This document shows positions 13,556-29,510 of a stretch of DNA of 64,000 nt, piece by piece (position 1 is the stretch's first letter; every line of letters starts with the position of its first letter). Source of the DNA: the human T2T-CHM13v2.0 reference genome, Homo sapiens; the NCBI RefSeq assembly GCF_009914755.1, contig NC_060940.1. One strand, 5' to 3'. The translations under genes and the position numbers were made by a program. The notes under the pieces were generated by a model. That model had not been told where the DNA came from. It did no database searches and worked only from the letters and a program-made list of their open reading frames with translations.

Positions 13556-13703
13556 AAATTATTTTTTAATTGTTTAAAATTTATTTTTAAGATAAATTTT
13601 AAATTTAAAAAATTTTAATTATTAAATTATTTAAATTTTAATTATTAAAAAATTTTTAAAAATTAAAATTTAAAAATAATTTTTAAAATTTATTTTTTAA
13701 AAT
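13556..13703. repeat. Almost pure A/T low-complexity tract with local inverted and direct repeats
   Basis: About 148 bp with only two G. Stem tttaaaatttat / ataaattttaaa. tttaaaatttattttt occurs twice. Confidence 0.85.
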
Positions 13704-14289
13704 CATTACCAAGTATATACTCTATTATTCTCTTACTCCTTTATAAAGTATCTCCCAATTGTTCAACCATAATGCTTGATAAACTGTTTTTCAAAGGTAA
13801 ATCTGTCTTTAGCATCTTCACTGAATATGGAATAGAAGGCAGGATCAAGCAAAAGGTACTGTTTATAATACTGTTTTATTTGTTTGGAAAATTCTCATAT
13901 ATTTTTGGATGAGATTTTATATTTGAAAAAGCTTCTATACACAAGCTGTATCTTGATTCAAGTATAACACTTTGTATAACTTAAGGAACTTCCGATTACA
14001 AATCTTTTACCTTGATCAATAATGCATACTGGTTACAATTGCAGGCACAGTCTTTTCTCTGAATGCCAATAACTAAGTTACTTAAGATGAAAGATAAGTG
14101 ATAAAATATTGTTACTGCTTCTATCACCCTGTTAGGAAATAGGTGTAATATGGTAAATTGTGTCCTCAAGTTTTATCCTTGTTGATTCTGGGAGCCTGAT
14201 TGCATTATATGCACAGCAATTGTTCAAAATGCTGCAATAGGGGTAATTGTGAGAAGGTGGAGGGTGGGAATTATGGATAAGACCATGGA

Positions 14290-14510
14290 GATAGATGGCC
14301 TGGCTTTTAATTTCATTTCTATGCTGATAATTTGACCTTGAACAAGGTGCTTAATTTCCCCATGATTCAATATGCTTGTGCAGATATAATAATGATGTTA
14401 GGATTTGTCTCCCAGCATCATTGTGAGAGTGAAAGAGGATGTAGGAGCTACACCACTCACTACAGTGCTCCCCATATAGCAGGCACTCAGTAGATCTTGA
14501 TCATTATTTT
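14290..14510 (+). mobile_element. MIR
   Basis: tgaccttgaacaaggtgcttaatttccc..ttgtgagagtgaaa..tagcaggcactcagtagat. Confidence 0.6.
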
Positions 14511-15411
14511 GATCCCCTTTGGAGCCCCTTTCATCCTTCTGAGACAGAAGCCACACATTACTGGGTACCTGGTGACACCCAGCCCATTATTCCTTCCTAG
14601 TTGGGTACTTTACTCTTATTGCATCTAGTCCAGTCTCAAAGTCAAGTTTCTCAAGGCCTTTATTTCTCTAAACTGACTGGCATATGTGGTATATAGAAAG
14701 TACACAAGTCTATAAAAAGATTTGAGACTTCGTGCTCCAATCAGGCCCAATACATCTTTGAGGTTTCATAATAGAGAATAGAGAACAAGGATATCCATAA
14801 ACCCAGGCTAATTTCTTAAAATCTATTTCTTATTTAGAGCAGGAAAGGCTTCCATGTGGAGACATTAGGACTTAAATAGTCACAAGTATGCACATGTCAT
14901 TTAAGAAGCAGCTGAGATTTCTTCATGTATTTGCTTGCAAGCTGTTTGTTTTCTCCTCTCTATTCCAGCTGGAAATTGCTTATAGCCTCTCTCAGAAGGA
15001 CTTGTCAGCACAAACAATGCAGATTGCAAAATGAGAAAATCTGAAACAAAAGCACGTGCTCAAATCTCCCAGGTAAATATGCTTCCTAATGAAATCTTTT
15101 TCTTTGCAGCCTCCTGTACCAAAATAGTAAACTTTTCCTGTAGTTCTAAACCATTCTGAATCTGTGTCATGTGAAGGCAGGGCATTTGTGGAAGGAGGGA
15201 CTCTACACCAACATGATTTCTGGTCCCTGAAGACTACTTCATGTATTTACCATTCAAGCTATTCAAGGAGTCTGTCATAATTGCACTAAGTTCTTTGACC
15301 ACTGGAGCACATGAGCTGACTTATAAAATGAAGGAATACCAACACAAATGAAAGGGTCTGTCATAAAGACAAGTTACTGAGAGATGTGTGTAGTTTGAAA
15401 AATAAGATGAT

Positions 15412-15805
<394 letters not shown>

Positions 15806-16174
15806 CTAGGTAGACCCATAGGATGCACAATGAAAGCTAAGATGTTGCAGTTAGTAAGCTAAAATTCAGCAATGATGATAGCTGATATGCATAGAATAGT
15901 TACTGTGTGCCAGGAGCCTTTTCATTTTATCCCAACAACACACCAATGAGAAGATTGCAATTTCTATCCCATCTGTGTATATAATGAAACTCCTAAACAG
16001 AGAAATTTAGTAAGTGCCCAAGTTAAGACACATTCTGTGTACTGTAGCCAAGCCTTCCACTGGGCCACATTGTCTCTGGGGCCATTAAGAACCCACACGC
16101 TTAATGGCTGGACACTTTTTTCACTGGGATTAGAAAAAGAGGGTAGAGAGGAGAATAATGAGCTTGAGGGTGTG

Positions 16175-16236
16175 TCTACCTTTAATTTTCTAGCAGTTAC
16201 ATATATCTACCTTTAATTTTCTAGCAGTTACATATA
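16175..16236. repeat. Perfect 31-bp tandem duplication
   Basis: tctacctttaattttctagcagttacatata x2, no mismatches. Confidence 0.95.
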
Positions 16237-16920
16237 AGGTCAATACTCATGTATAGCACAACAACAGCAGAAAAAACAAAATAATTCTCATCACTCAGCG
16301 AATTTAAATTATGGAATATAAGTTGCCAGCATATAATGATGCCAAGGCTGGGAATAAATATGGAGGAGGGGAAAAAAGCTGAGTCACTGTCCTTGTGATG
16401 ATCAGTGGGTCAGAAAAAGGGCGGTGTAAAAGAAGTCATCAGTTCTTTGCTTTTCACTTTCCCAGACCAGATATTGAGAAATAGGCTTTCAAAATTATGA
16501 TAATTATGTCTGACCACATGTATAAAACTTCATGTTATTAACAATAATGATAATAAATACTTCTTCAGACACAATTCCATAGCTGGGACAATTTTCTTTA
16601 GCATATATATTCATAGCATTATTGTTCTTTCCACTTATTGTAGCTATTGTTCCTTTATGTAACTCTCTTTTATGAATTGCCTACTGGACTTACACTCTCA
16701 TTCTATAAGGTAGGGACTATTTAAGTTGCTTTTAGGTCAACATTATACTTATTGTCTAACTAACTATACCATAAGTATCCCTTCAGTAAGTTAAAAGGAT
16801 GGGTTTGATTTTCTGATTTCCAAGCCTAAAGCTTATCAGAGCATGTGGTAGTGCAAGTTGTCATAGTTTTAATGATGAGAAAAGATGGCTGATGGAAATG
16901 AAAAGGACAAACTACCCAGG

Positions 16921-17005
16921 AAAAACAAAACAAAACAAAAACAAACAAACAAAAAACCAAAACAAACACAAAAACTAACATCAAGGCACCAAAACAACAA
17001 AAAGA
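16921..17005. repeat. (AAAAC)n-like A-rich simple repeat
   Basis: Read directly from sequence. Confidence 0.8.
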
Positions 17006-17198
17006 GAACTCAAACAGGGATGTTGGGATAAAGCCTCGAGCCATTTGTTTAAAAGAATAAACTGTATTATATCATTCAATTGTTCTCTCTTCATCCATTT
17101 CAGTGTATCACTATTTGTGGCAGATGAATAAACTATGAGGAGGAATAGTTGAGGTTTTTGTAAAAACTGCATTTTTTACAATGGTTGTAGTTGTGTGT

Positions 17199-17208
17199 AC
17201 ACACACAT

Positions 17209-17247
<39 letters not shown>
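17199..17247. repeat. Compound (CA)n(GA)n microsatellite
   Basis: Read directly from sequence. Confidence 0.9.
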
Positions 17248-17251
<4 letters not shown>

Positions 17252-18991
17252 AATAAATAATTGTCTTTTCAACCACTGTTGGGGAGGAAAAAAAAGTAAC
17301 AAATGTACAATAACTATAACTAGTCTCTTTTTCAAAGATGAGACAAAGTCATATTATCCTTTAGAGGGGGATTTGATCTGTTTCCTTTTGCATACAAACC
17401 TCAAATCTTTCCCAAACAATTAGTTTTAGTTGTACTCCACAGTGCTCAAACTAATTCAATAACATTCCCTCTGGATTTCATCCCTCAGCTACTGTTGGCA
17501 TCATCATTTTTCCCCACAAAGTCTTGCACTGGAAGACGATGTTAATTAGCAAAAGGATAATATAGCCTCAGTGAAAAGATCATATTCAATTTGCTGTACT
17601 AAATGCCATGTTGGATATTTCTTTTAAGAGAAACATAATTTACATTAGCACTAAAATTACAATCACAGCTTAACAAACTTAGTGATGGCAATAAAAATAT
17701 AATGTTTTTAATAATTCCGAAATATGTAATTTTGTTTTTAATGGTAAAATCAACACCAGGGCACTCTCCTTGTGGATTTCTCTTATCTAAGATACAAAGA
17801 AAAATCATCCTGGAAAAAGAGATATGGATATGATAAATTGTTTCTACTACCTGCCCGACTTTATTTGTGTTTTAGACCTATAATGTTCACATAAACAACA
17901 TGATCTCCATATATCACACACATAAAAAGAAAGCCAAATTTCTTAGTAGTTATGAGCAGAAATATTAGAGTTACATATTTCCGGGATTTTTTTAAAAAGC
18001 ACTCAATTGCTGACTGATCTTGGCGAAGTTAATTAACCTTACCAAGAATTGGGTTTCTCATCTTTAAAATGAGAATACTAATTCCAAACTCATAGATACA
18101 GTATCCAAGAAATAATGGAATGTAAAGTGCCTAGTACAGTAAATCCAGCATAAACCCAGTTACAGCACTCACAGTCCTGCTTCCTCCTTACATCCATTCA
18201 ATCACATCCATATATGTCCTGACAGCATGCCGAGAGAGGGTCTTATATTCTTAAATGAGATCCGTGTAACCTCATCCCAAATGGACTTGACATAGATAAT
18301 GTTGAAACTTTCTATCACTTTCAAAGAGCCACGTCATTGGATTAACCACAGGATTGTTAGTGAAAAATAACAGGACTCATGTTCACTCCTGCTATTTTGT
18401 TATGGTAATAACAATTAGTTAACACATTGCCTATAAAATTTTTCAGTTTAATTGTTAATTGATATTAACTGGGTACATGTAGGTCTATAGATATTACATA
18501 CATACTATAATACATATAATTATAATAATTCTGAATAATAAACATACTCATACAATACTGAATAATTCTGAAACATAAATACTTGGGACTAGAGCTTTCC
18601 AGTAAGACTGCCTGGCTTATAACTTTGGTTCTATGATGTAAAGGCAGTGTAATCCTTCAGCATTGTGTCTATGTTCTCTGTGCCTCTGTCAAGTGGGAAT
18701 GACAAATGTATAGCTTAGCAGTGAGAATTAAATTGCATCATATATCTCTAGCACTAAGAATGGGTATATGATAAGAATTCAATAAGAGTTAGAAGCTTTT
18801 CGGTTGTAGCTCTGATTACTCTTGTGTTTTATTATTGTTTTTGATATTATCATTGTGGTTGGATAGCATTGAGTGGACTAATAACATGCGCTCAGAAATC
18901 AAGAAAATCAAGGTTTAAATCTTTAAATCTCTTTCTGAGCTTGGATTTTAACATCTGTAAAATGATAATGTGACATCTAAACAAATTAGGC

Positions 18992-19538
18992 ATTGATAGT
19001 TATTTTTTTGTCTCAACTTCACTGGGCTAAAGGATGCCCAGATAGACAGTGAAAACATTACTTATGGATGCACCTGTGAGAATGTTTCCAGAAGAAATTA
19101 GCATTTGAATCCATACACAGAGTAAAGAATATCTGCCCTCACCAGTGTGAGTGAGTATCATCCTATCCACTGATGGCCCAGATAGAACAAAAAGGTAGAG
19201 AAAGGACAAGTGCTCTCTTTCTTTTCTTGAGCTGGGACATCTATCTTCTCCTGCCCTGGGAAATCAGAGCTCCTGTGTGAGGCCTTTAGACTCTGGAACT
19301 AACACCAGCCTCCCTCCCCAACCTCCCATATACCTCCCTGTTCCCTCCCACAATCCTCAGGACTTTGAACTTGGACTGAATTACACCTCCACCTTTTCTT
19401 TTTCTGTATCTTGCAGTAGGTACATTGTAGGACTTCTTAGCCTCTATTATTTTGTGAGAAAATTCCCATAACAAAACTCTTCTTAAATATCTACATATAC
19501 TATTGGTTTTATTTCTTTGGAGAACTCTGACTAATACT
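18992..19538 (+). mobile_element. MLT2B/D-type ERVL solo LTR
   Basis: tcaacttcactgggctaaaggatgcccagatag..gagctgggacatctatcttctcctgccct..ctattggttttatttctttggagaactctgactaatac. Confidence 0.85.
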
Positions 19539-22352
<2,814 letters not shown>

Positions 22353-23377
22353 AACAAAAAAAGGATGGTTGTGATAAGTAAATGAATTTTTTATACAAAA
22401 TAATTAGCCTGGTTCCTGTGACAATGGAAGCACACTCATACACATTTACGTTTTTATATTTATGTTTGCAAATATATTACTCATAGCATATGTGTTATAT
22501 ATAACATTAAGTATATAATTTTTAATAATTTATGTTTGATGGATTCTTGTCCTTGTTTTTCCTCTGCAATATTTTATGTGTTCCTCTTATTTGTTTTCAT
22601 GGGTGCCTAATGGGCATAATAGTGAGACAGGAACACAAACAGAACTCAAAAACTACCCTTGATGTATATTTCATATTCGAAAGTGGAGAGAAGAAAGAAG
22701 TTTTACATTTCACTGACTCCTGTCTGTCTGCTTGTATTTCTCTAGAGTCAAATGTTATTCTTTTACAGAACAAAACATATCATTGGCATGATTGTCCAAA
22801 ACAAATAGCTTTCTTCAAACATTAATTGGGAACATTTGTGGCAAGAAAATTCCAACATCAAAATGGTCCACAGTCAGACACAGTTCCTTTGTTTCTCTGT
22901 CCACCCATCAAGAATATGTTTTGTATTTGTATGGAGTTTTTAATGTATTTGTATGGAGTTTTTAAAGAAAATAATCTTTTAAAAAATAACCTGTCTGGTT
23001 CTTCAGGCAGAGGGATATTGTTGCTGATCAATATCCCATTGGCAGATCCCAAGTCAATAAACATTAAATGAGTACCAGCTATGAATTAAGCATAATGTTA
23101 GCTCTATCAACACAAAGGTTATGCAAACCATTCACAGAAAATTATTTAATATAGAGGAAAAGGTTGGTATGAGCAAACAGAAGCAATAGAAGCAATGAAG
23201 GACATTGAAGAGATTAGGAAAGTCAATCACAAGATTCAGAAGCATGAAATGACATGGTGGGTTTAGGCAAGAGTAAATTTCTCAATTATTCAATTGTAGA
23301 GTGCTAGAATGTAAACAGAAATGAATGAAGATATGTGCTAACACAAGAATAATGAGTCTGAGCAGGGAGCATCTTTG

Positions 23378-23486
23378 GGTTGGGTACAGTGGCTCACAAC
23401 TGTAATCACAGCACTTTGGGAAGCTGAGATGGGAGGATCACTTGCAACCAGGAGTTTGAGACCATCCTGGGACACCCTGTCTCTAA

Positions 23487-23521
<35 letters not shown>

Positions 23522-23790
23522 CACACATACCCCACCACCACCACCAACAACAACAACAACACCAACAAAAACCCAAAAAACAAACAAAAAAAGGTAGCTG
23601 GATGTGGTGCCATGCACCTGTAGTCCTAGATACTTGGGAGGCTGGGGTGAAAGGATTGTTTCATCCCAGGATTTCAAGGTTGAAGTGAGTTATGATGGTG
23701 CCACTGCACTCCAGCTTGCGTGACAGAGCCAGACTCTGTCTCTAAAACAAACAAACAACCAAAAAAAAAAACAAATAAACAAAAAAACCA
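23378..23790 (+). mobile_element. AluJ with linker expanded into a compound microsatellite
   Basis: Both arms recognisable. Linker 23485-23592 reads (AC)n(CAC)n(AAC)n then A-rich. TSD core catctttg (23370-23377 / 23795-23802). Confidence 0.92.
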
Positions 23791-24392
23791 GAAACATCTT
23801 TGTTTAAGCTTTGACTAGTGGTATGAGTCATTATTGTCTTGATGACTGGAAGTCAAGGACAAAGTTTAAGTACAAAGGTAACAGTTGGCTTTTCATATGG
23901 CTTTACTGGTGTTCAGATTTTTGTTGTTGTTTTTAATGAGTTAATTTCTTCTTAATTGTATGCATAGCTCCTTACAGAAAATCATCTTGGCTTCTTTCTA
24001 TAGAATGCCTAACAGGACAAACGTAACCTTCCCAAGTAGAGGCAGATGTATACAGTAAGGCTTGAAAACAGACTTTGGAGTCAAACTAATTTGAGTTTTG
24101 TCACACACAGGTTAATTAACCTCTCTAAATCTCAATAGAGAAAAGGTTATAATAATAGCAATGCTCTCTTCCTAGTCCATGGCCAGAGCATTCATATCCC
24201 TCAGGTCTTAGCTTTTCAGAGAAGCCTTCCTGACCGCTGTACATAATTATTTTCTGACCTTCATTCAGAGCTGACTTCATGGGCATATGACCAGTGAAGT
24301 TGCATTGGTCCCTCCAACTCAGAAGGGCACCTTATTTGGAGTTCAGTGGTCTGCAATTGCTGTCCTGCAATTATCTCCCTCTCTCTCTCTCT

Positions 24393-24536
24393 TTTTTTTA
24401 AACAGTCTCTTGCTCTGTCGCCCAGGCTATAGTGCTGTGATGTGATCCTAGTTCACTGTAGCCACAAACTCCTGGGCTCAAGTGAGTCTCCTGCCTCAGC
24501 CTCCCAGCTAGCTGAGACTACAGGTACATGCTACCA
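24393..24536 (-). mobile_element. Alu monomer (FRAM or AluJ right arm)
   Basis: tcttgctctgtcgcccaggct..ctcctgggctcaagtga..gagactacagg; single arm only. Confidence 0.85.
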
Positions 24537-25284
24537 GGAGTTCTTAATAATTTTGTCTTTGAATTTGTACTTTGTAACTGAAGTCCAAGGAGACAATGGA
24601 GCATGTGCCCAGGACTTGGAACCTTGGCTTATACATCCTATCACAATCTACCACATTCCTGGGATGAGTTCTCTGCCACTTGCTCCCCTGCCTCCTGGTT
24701 TCCTGGGCTCACCCAGCCTCACCCTCTTTTCTCCACTCATGGCTACCACCATCCTTCGCACTGGCAGGTTCACGGATAGGGGTACAGAGGGTTACAGTTG
24801 TATGCACTTGCCCCATGACATCTCAGAGTGGGGCATAGTAGTGGCTGTCACTGCTGCAGGCTGGCAACACAATGGTTTGTCTGGCAGATGATTGACTAGA
24901 GCCTGCATCTCAGCATGGGGAAGCCTTTAGTGGAACCCCAAACCATCTACTAAAACCTCTGGGAGCTGGCCATCTACTGTGAGTTGCAGTGAAAAGCCTG
25001 AAGGAAGGAAACACAGCTGATATCCCACTTCCCAAGACTCTACCCATGGTCAGGGAATAGAGTGTCAGATCATCAGCTAGCAGATGGGGAGCCAGGCACT
25101 CAACAGGCTCCAGCAAGCACAGGTATGACAAATTTTATGTGGCAGGGCCCATGGTCCTCTCTAAGGGTCTGCACTCACCCACGAGTATGTCCCATGCCCA
25201 GGAGTATCTCTCAGCCACTCCCATGCCAGTGGGATTATCTCGTCCACCTTCCAAACTTCCTGAATCTGACTTGTGTTTGTAGGA

Positions 25285-25585
<301 letters not shown>

Positions 25586-25744
25586 TGACTTGTGTTTGTT
25601 TCATCTAGCCAGCTTGAGACACTCTCCAGGGAGGAGCTGTGAAATAAGAATTGTGTAATTTCAGAACATAGAATCAAATGAGGCATATAAAATAACAAGT
25701 AACATATATCAAGTCAATATTTAATTACAAATTATTATTCCATT

Positions 25745-25878
25745 AGGGTAGAATCTATATCTGTCTTGTCAAATACTAAATATTGCATAACAATGAATGC
25801 CTGCCACAGATTAGGCATCTAATAAATATATACTGAATAAGTTAATGGATAAATGAATGGATGAGCAAACAAATGAAC
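25745..25878 (+). mobile_element. L2 3' end
   Basis: tctgtcttgtc..tgcctgccacagattaggcatctaataaatatatactgaat..aatgaatggatg. Confidence 0.6.
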
Positions 25879-28147
25879 GCAAGATGGTATAAGGATTAAA
25901 TGGAAAAATGTACAATAAAAATTATTATAGTTCCTGGAACATAGGCCTGCAATTGGTGGTCATTGACATGGTGGCAGTGACAGTGGTGAAAGTGACGGTG
26001 ATGATATTATTCCACTTGATACAATATATTTTGTACAGTAGGAATTTTCTTGAAATACCAAATTAATAATCTTTTTGTGCATGACTTGTTTTCTTATTCT
26101 CTCTTATGTTTTGTACCTTTGCCCTATGTACTCTTCTTCTGATTGAAATGTTGTTTATCTTTCCCTCTCAACCTACACTCATTCCTAACTCCTATCTCCT
26201 TGTTAATTCTTACCCCCATAACAGAAATTAGCAAAAATATTACATACTCAAAAAGACCTGTCTGGAGATCTCTGCCTAGGTCACATCCACATAAATATTC
26301 TTCCAATGTGCCACTCCGAGCACATTATCTGAGTTATGATTTGTATCTGTGTGATTTGTGTATAGGTGTGAGTCATCTTGCATACTAGCTATATGTTCCA
26401 CAGGTGTAGGGTGTATATTTTTGCTCAACATGGTATCCCAACACATAGCTCAGATTCTGGCCCAGGGTTGCTATGTAACACACATTTAGTGCATAAATTT
26501 GTGATTAAAGATACAGGAAAAAAAGGGGTTATAGCAAATGAAGATTGTGGGGGACTAATAGCAAGGAGCATTATTCTAAGCAGTGAAAACCTCTCCAGTC
26601 TGTTTCCAATAGAGTTTCTTTATTGTTCCTTTTTCAACCCCTTTTTAAATCCTTATAATGGCTATTCAGGTCTCCGCACGTGTTTATTTCTTTGTTCTTC
26701 ATGCAATTTCTTCCTTCCAAAGAGTCCATTTGGTAGCTCTGATAAGTCAAGAGAAGATATGCATCCTCTCGGCTTTCAGAGCTCTGCAGTGTAGACTTGG
26801 CTAAAGTCCTGAAGCCCCCCAAAATATAAAGAGCCAGCTGAACATGCGGCATGAATTTACCTTTCTCCTCGTGTTTACTGTCTCTGCATTTCTGGTTCAA
26901 CTTCAGTTGCCTGAGTTAATATTCATCCTCAAAAACTTGAAAGAGCCTAATTTTTGCATTTTTGGAAGATATCCTAGAAGAGGTGTATTTCTCCTTTTAT
27001 AAAAGGAATCTTTTACAATATGAGTGAAGCCTTCTTTAATAATACAAATTATGAATGCAAATTTGCATGACCAAAATCTTTTATTTAAAATGAATGAAGA
27101 AATCATAGCAGATTACAAACTGAAAAGATTACAAATATCACACAGTCCAAAAGAATAGCATATTTTTAATTAATTAACTTATTGAAACACTTCCATAATA
27201 CTTTTTGTTTTCTAAAGTATTTGGCTGTGTAGTCTCATGACAGTTTTGGATTATCCTGTTTTATAGAGTGAATAGAAAGTTATTTTCAGTCTTTTATCTA
27301 GCAAGTTTGATTGTTTTTTGCTTATTTTTCTTGAATTATCAACGATATCCTTGAAGGAATAAAAATGGTGATTTGACTAGGTTTCAGTGAGAACAAAATT
27401 CTTTCTTTACAAAGTTACATGTGTATGGGTTAGAAGATTATTCCACACACAAGTTTTAAATTTTACATCTTTTTTCTCCTCCATCGCTTAGTTCTGATGT
27501 TGGGGGCCATAGGACATTTTTGCATAATGATACCAACTATTTATGTTTTGCTATGAGAGACAGAATCATAGCTTGGGAAGTCATTCTCACTTTGAGACAG
27601 CCAGCAGTAGCAACCATACACACAGCAAACGAACTATATAAAAATATTCTGTGAAATCCATGTATTCCTGGCACGATTTTCCTTTAGCCAGATCCCAAAA
27701 ATGTCCATGGAGCACCTCAACTCCAACTAACCCAAGCAAAGAGTAAGACATAGAAGGATTTGGGAAGGAAAGACACAATGACCAATCAAGATTAAAATGT
27801 TTTACTTTGCAAATTGTATAAAAGCCTGACAATCTGGCTACGGTGGTGGACCCTCTGAAATAATGGGCCCCTGTGTTGAGCTGCTTTTTTGTTTTGGTAA
27901 ATATATCTTTTCTTCCTAAACAAACTCCTCTTGGCAAACATCATTCAGTAACACGAGCCTTCTCTCTGTCAGGAAAATAATATATTATCAGGAACATCAT
28001 AAGGATACAATGCTGATGGCATGTTTCTTTTCAGAGGAGGGATATTGAATCAAAGTGCTGGCCTAGATCCTACCTACTACTAGATTCCAGATTACACTGA
28101 AGAGGACGTAGTAAGAATAATTGTTACCATAGCTCTCATAGCAAGCT

Positions 28148-28459
<312 letters not shown>

Positions 28460-28968
28460 AGCAAGCTTTTTTTAAACTACATACTGTATAACATACACTG
28501 TGTCAAGAGTTACATGATGTATTTCATTGTTTTTTATGATGTCTCTGTGAGAATGTCTGTGTAATAGTTTCACAGTACAGGCAAAAATGCTGAAACATAG
28601 ACAAATTAAGTAAACTATCCCAATGATAAGCTGGTAGAATTGGCATTTTCAGTACGGAAATCTGATTCCAGTGCTCTTAGCCACTATATTTCAGTGCTTC
28701 TTGGTTTCTTATACATATCTTTTCTCAAAAATGTAAAGAATCTAAGTTTTGGAATGCAAACAAGTTAAATTTAAATCTCCCTTGGAATATCACTAGTTAA
28801 ATGAATCAGTTTCTTTTTACTGTTATCAATTAAATTTTGCTTCTTATCTGTAGGATAATAATTTTCAAGTACATACTTCATAACACTTTTTGAAAAATAA
28901 GTGAGATAATGTGCAAGACAACCTTTAGCCCATTGGACAAGGCATGTCTCTGAGCTGTAGTTTCTTCA

Positions 28969-29368
28969 TGTCAGGCCTCTGAGCCTAAGCCAAGCCATCG
29001 CATCTTCTGTGACTTGCACGTATGCATCCAGATGGCCTGAAGGAACTGAAGATCTACAAAAGAAGTAAAAATAGCCTTAACTGATGACATTCCACCATAG
29101 TGATTTGTTCCTGCACTACCTTAACTGATCAATGTACTTTGTAATTCTCCGCACCCTTGAGAATGTACTTTGTGAGATCCACCCCTGCCTGCAAAACATT
29201 GCTCTTAACTTCACCGCCTATCTTAAAACTTGTAAGAACTAATGATAATCCACCACATTTTGCTGACTCTCTTTTCGGACTCAGCCTACCTGCACCCAGG
29301 TGAAATAAACAGCTTTATTGCTCACACAAAGCCTGTTTGGTGGTCTCTTCACACAGACGCACATGAAA
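28969..29368 (+). promoter_or_regulatory. 5' LTR, LTR7 family (LTR7B-like)
   Basis: tgtcaggcctctgagcc..gaaataaacagc..acatgaaa; AATAAA present; aligns without gaps to the 3' LTR. Confidence 0.93.
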
Positions 29369-29370
29369 TT

Positions 29371-29388
29371 TGGTGCCGTGACTCGGAT
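29371..29388 (+). other. tRNA-His primer-binding site
   Basis: tggtgccgtgactcggat, 2 nt after the LTR; complement of the 3' 18 nt of tRNA-His(GUG). Confidence 0.95.
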
Positions 29389-29510
29389 TTGAAATTGGTG
29401 AGATGTTTCTTGGGCTGGTCGGTCTGAGGACCTGAGGTCGTAGGTGGATCTTTTTCATGGAGCAAAGAGCAGGAGGACAGGGGATTGATCTCCCAAGGGA
29501 GGTCCCCCCG
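29384..29510 (-). other. Inverted HERV-H leader segment (post-PBS up to the major splice donor)
   Basis: Reverse complement reads cggggggacctcccttgggagatcaatcccctgtcc...catctcaccaatttcaaatccg, the sequence that normally follows the HERV-H PBS on the plus strand. Confidence 0.9.
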
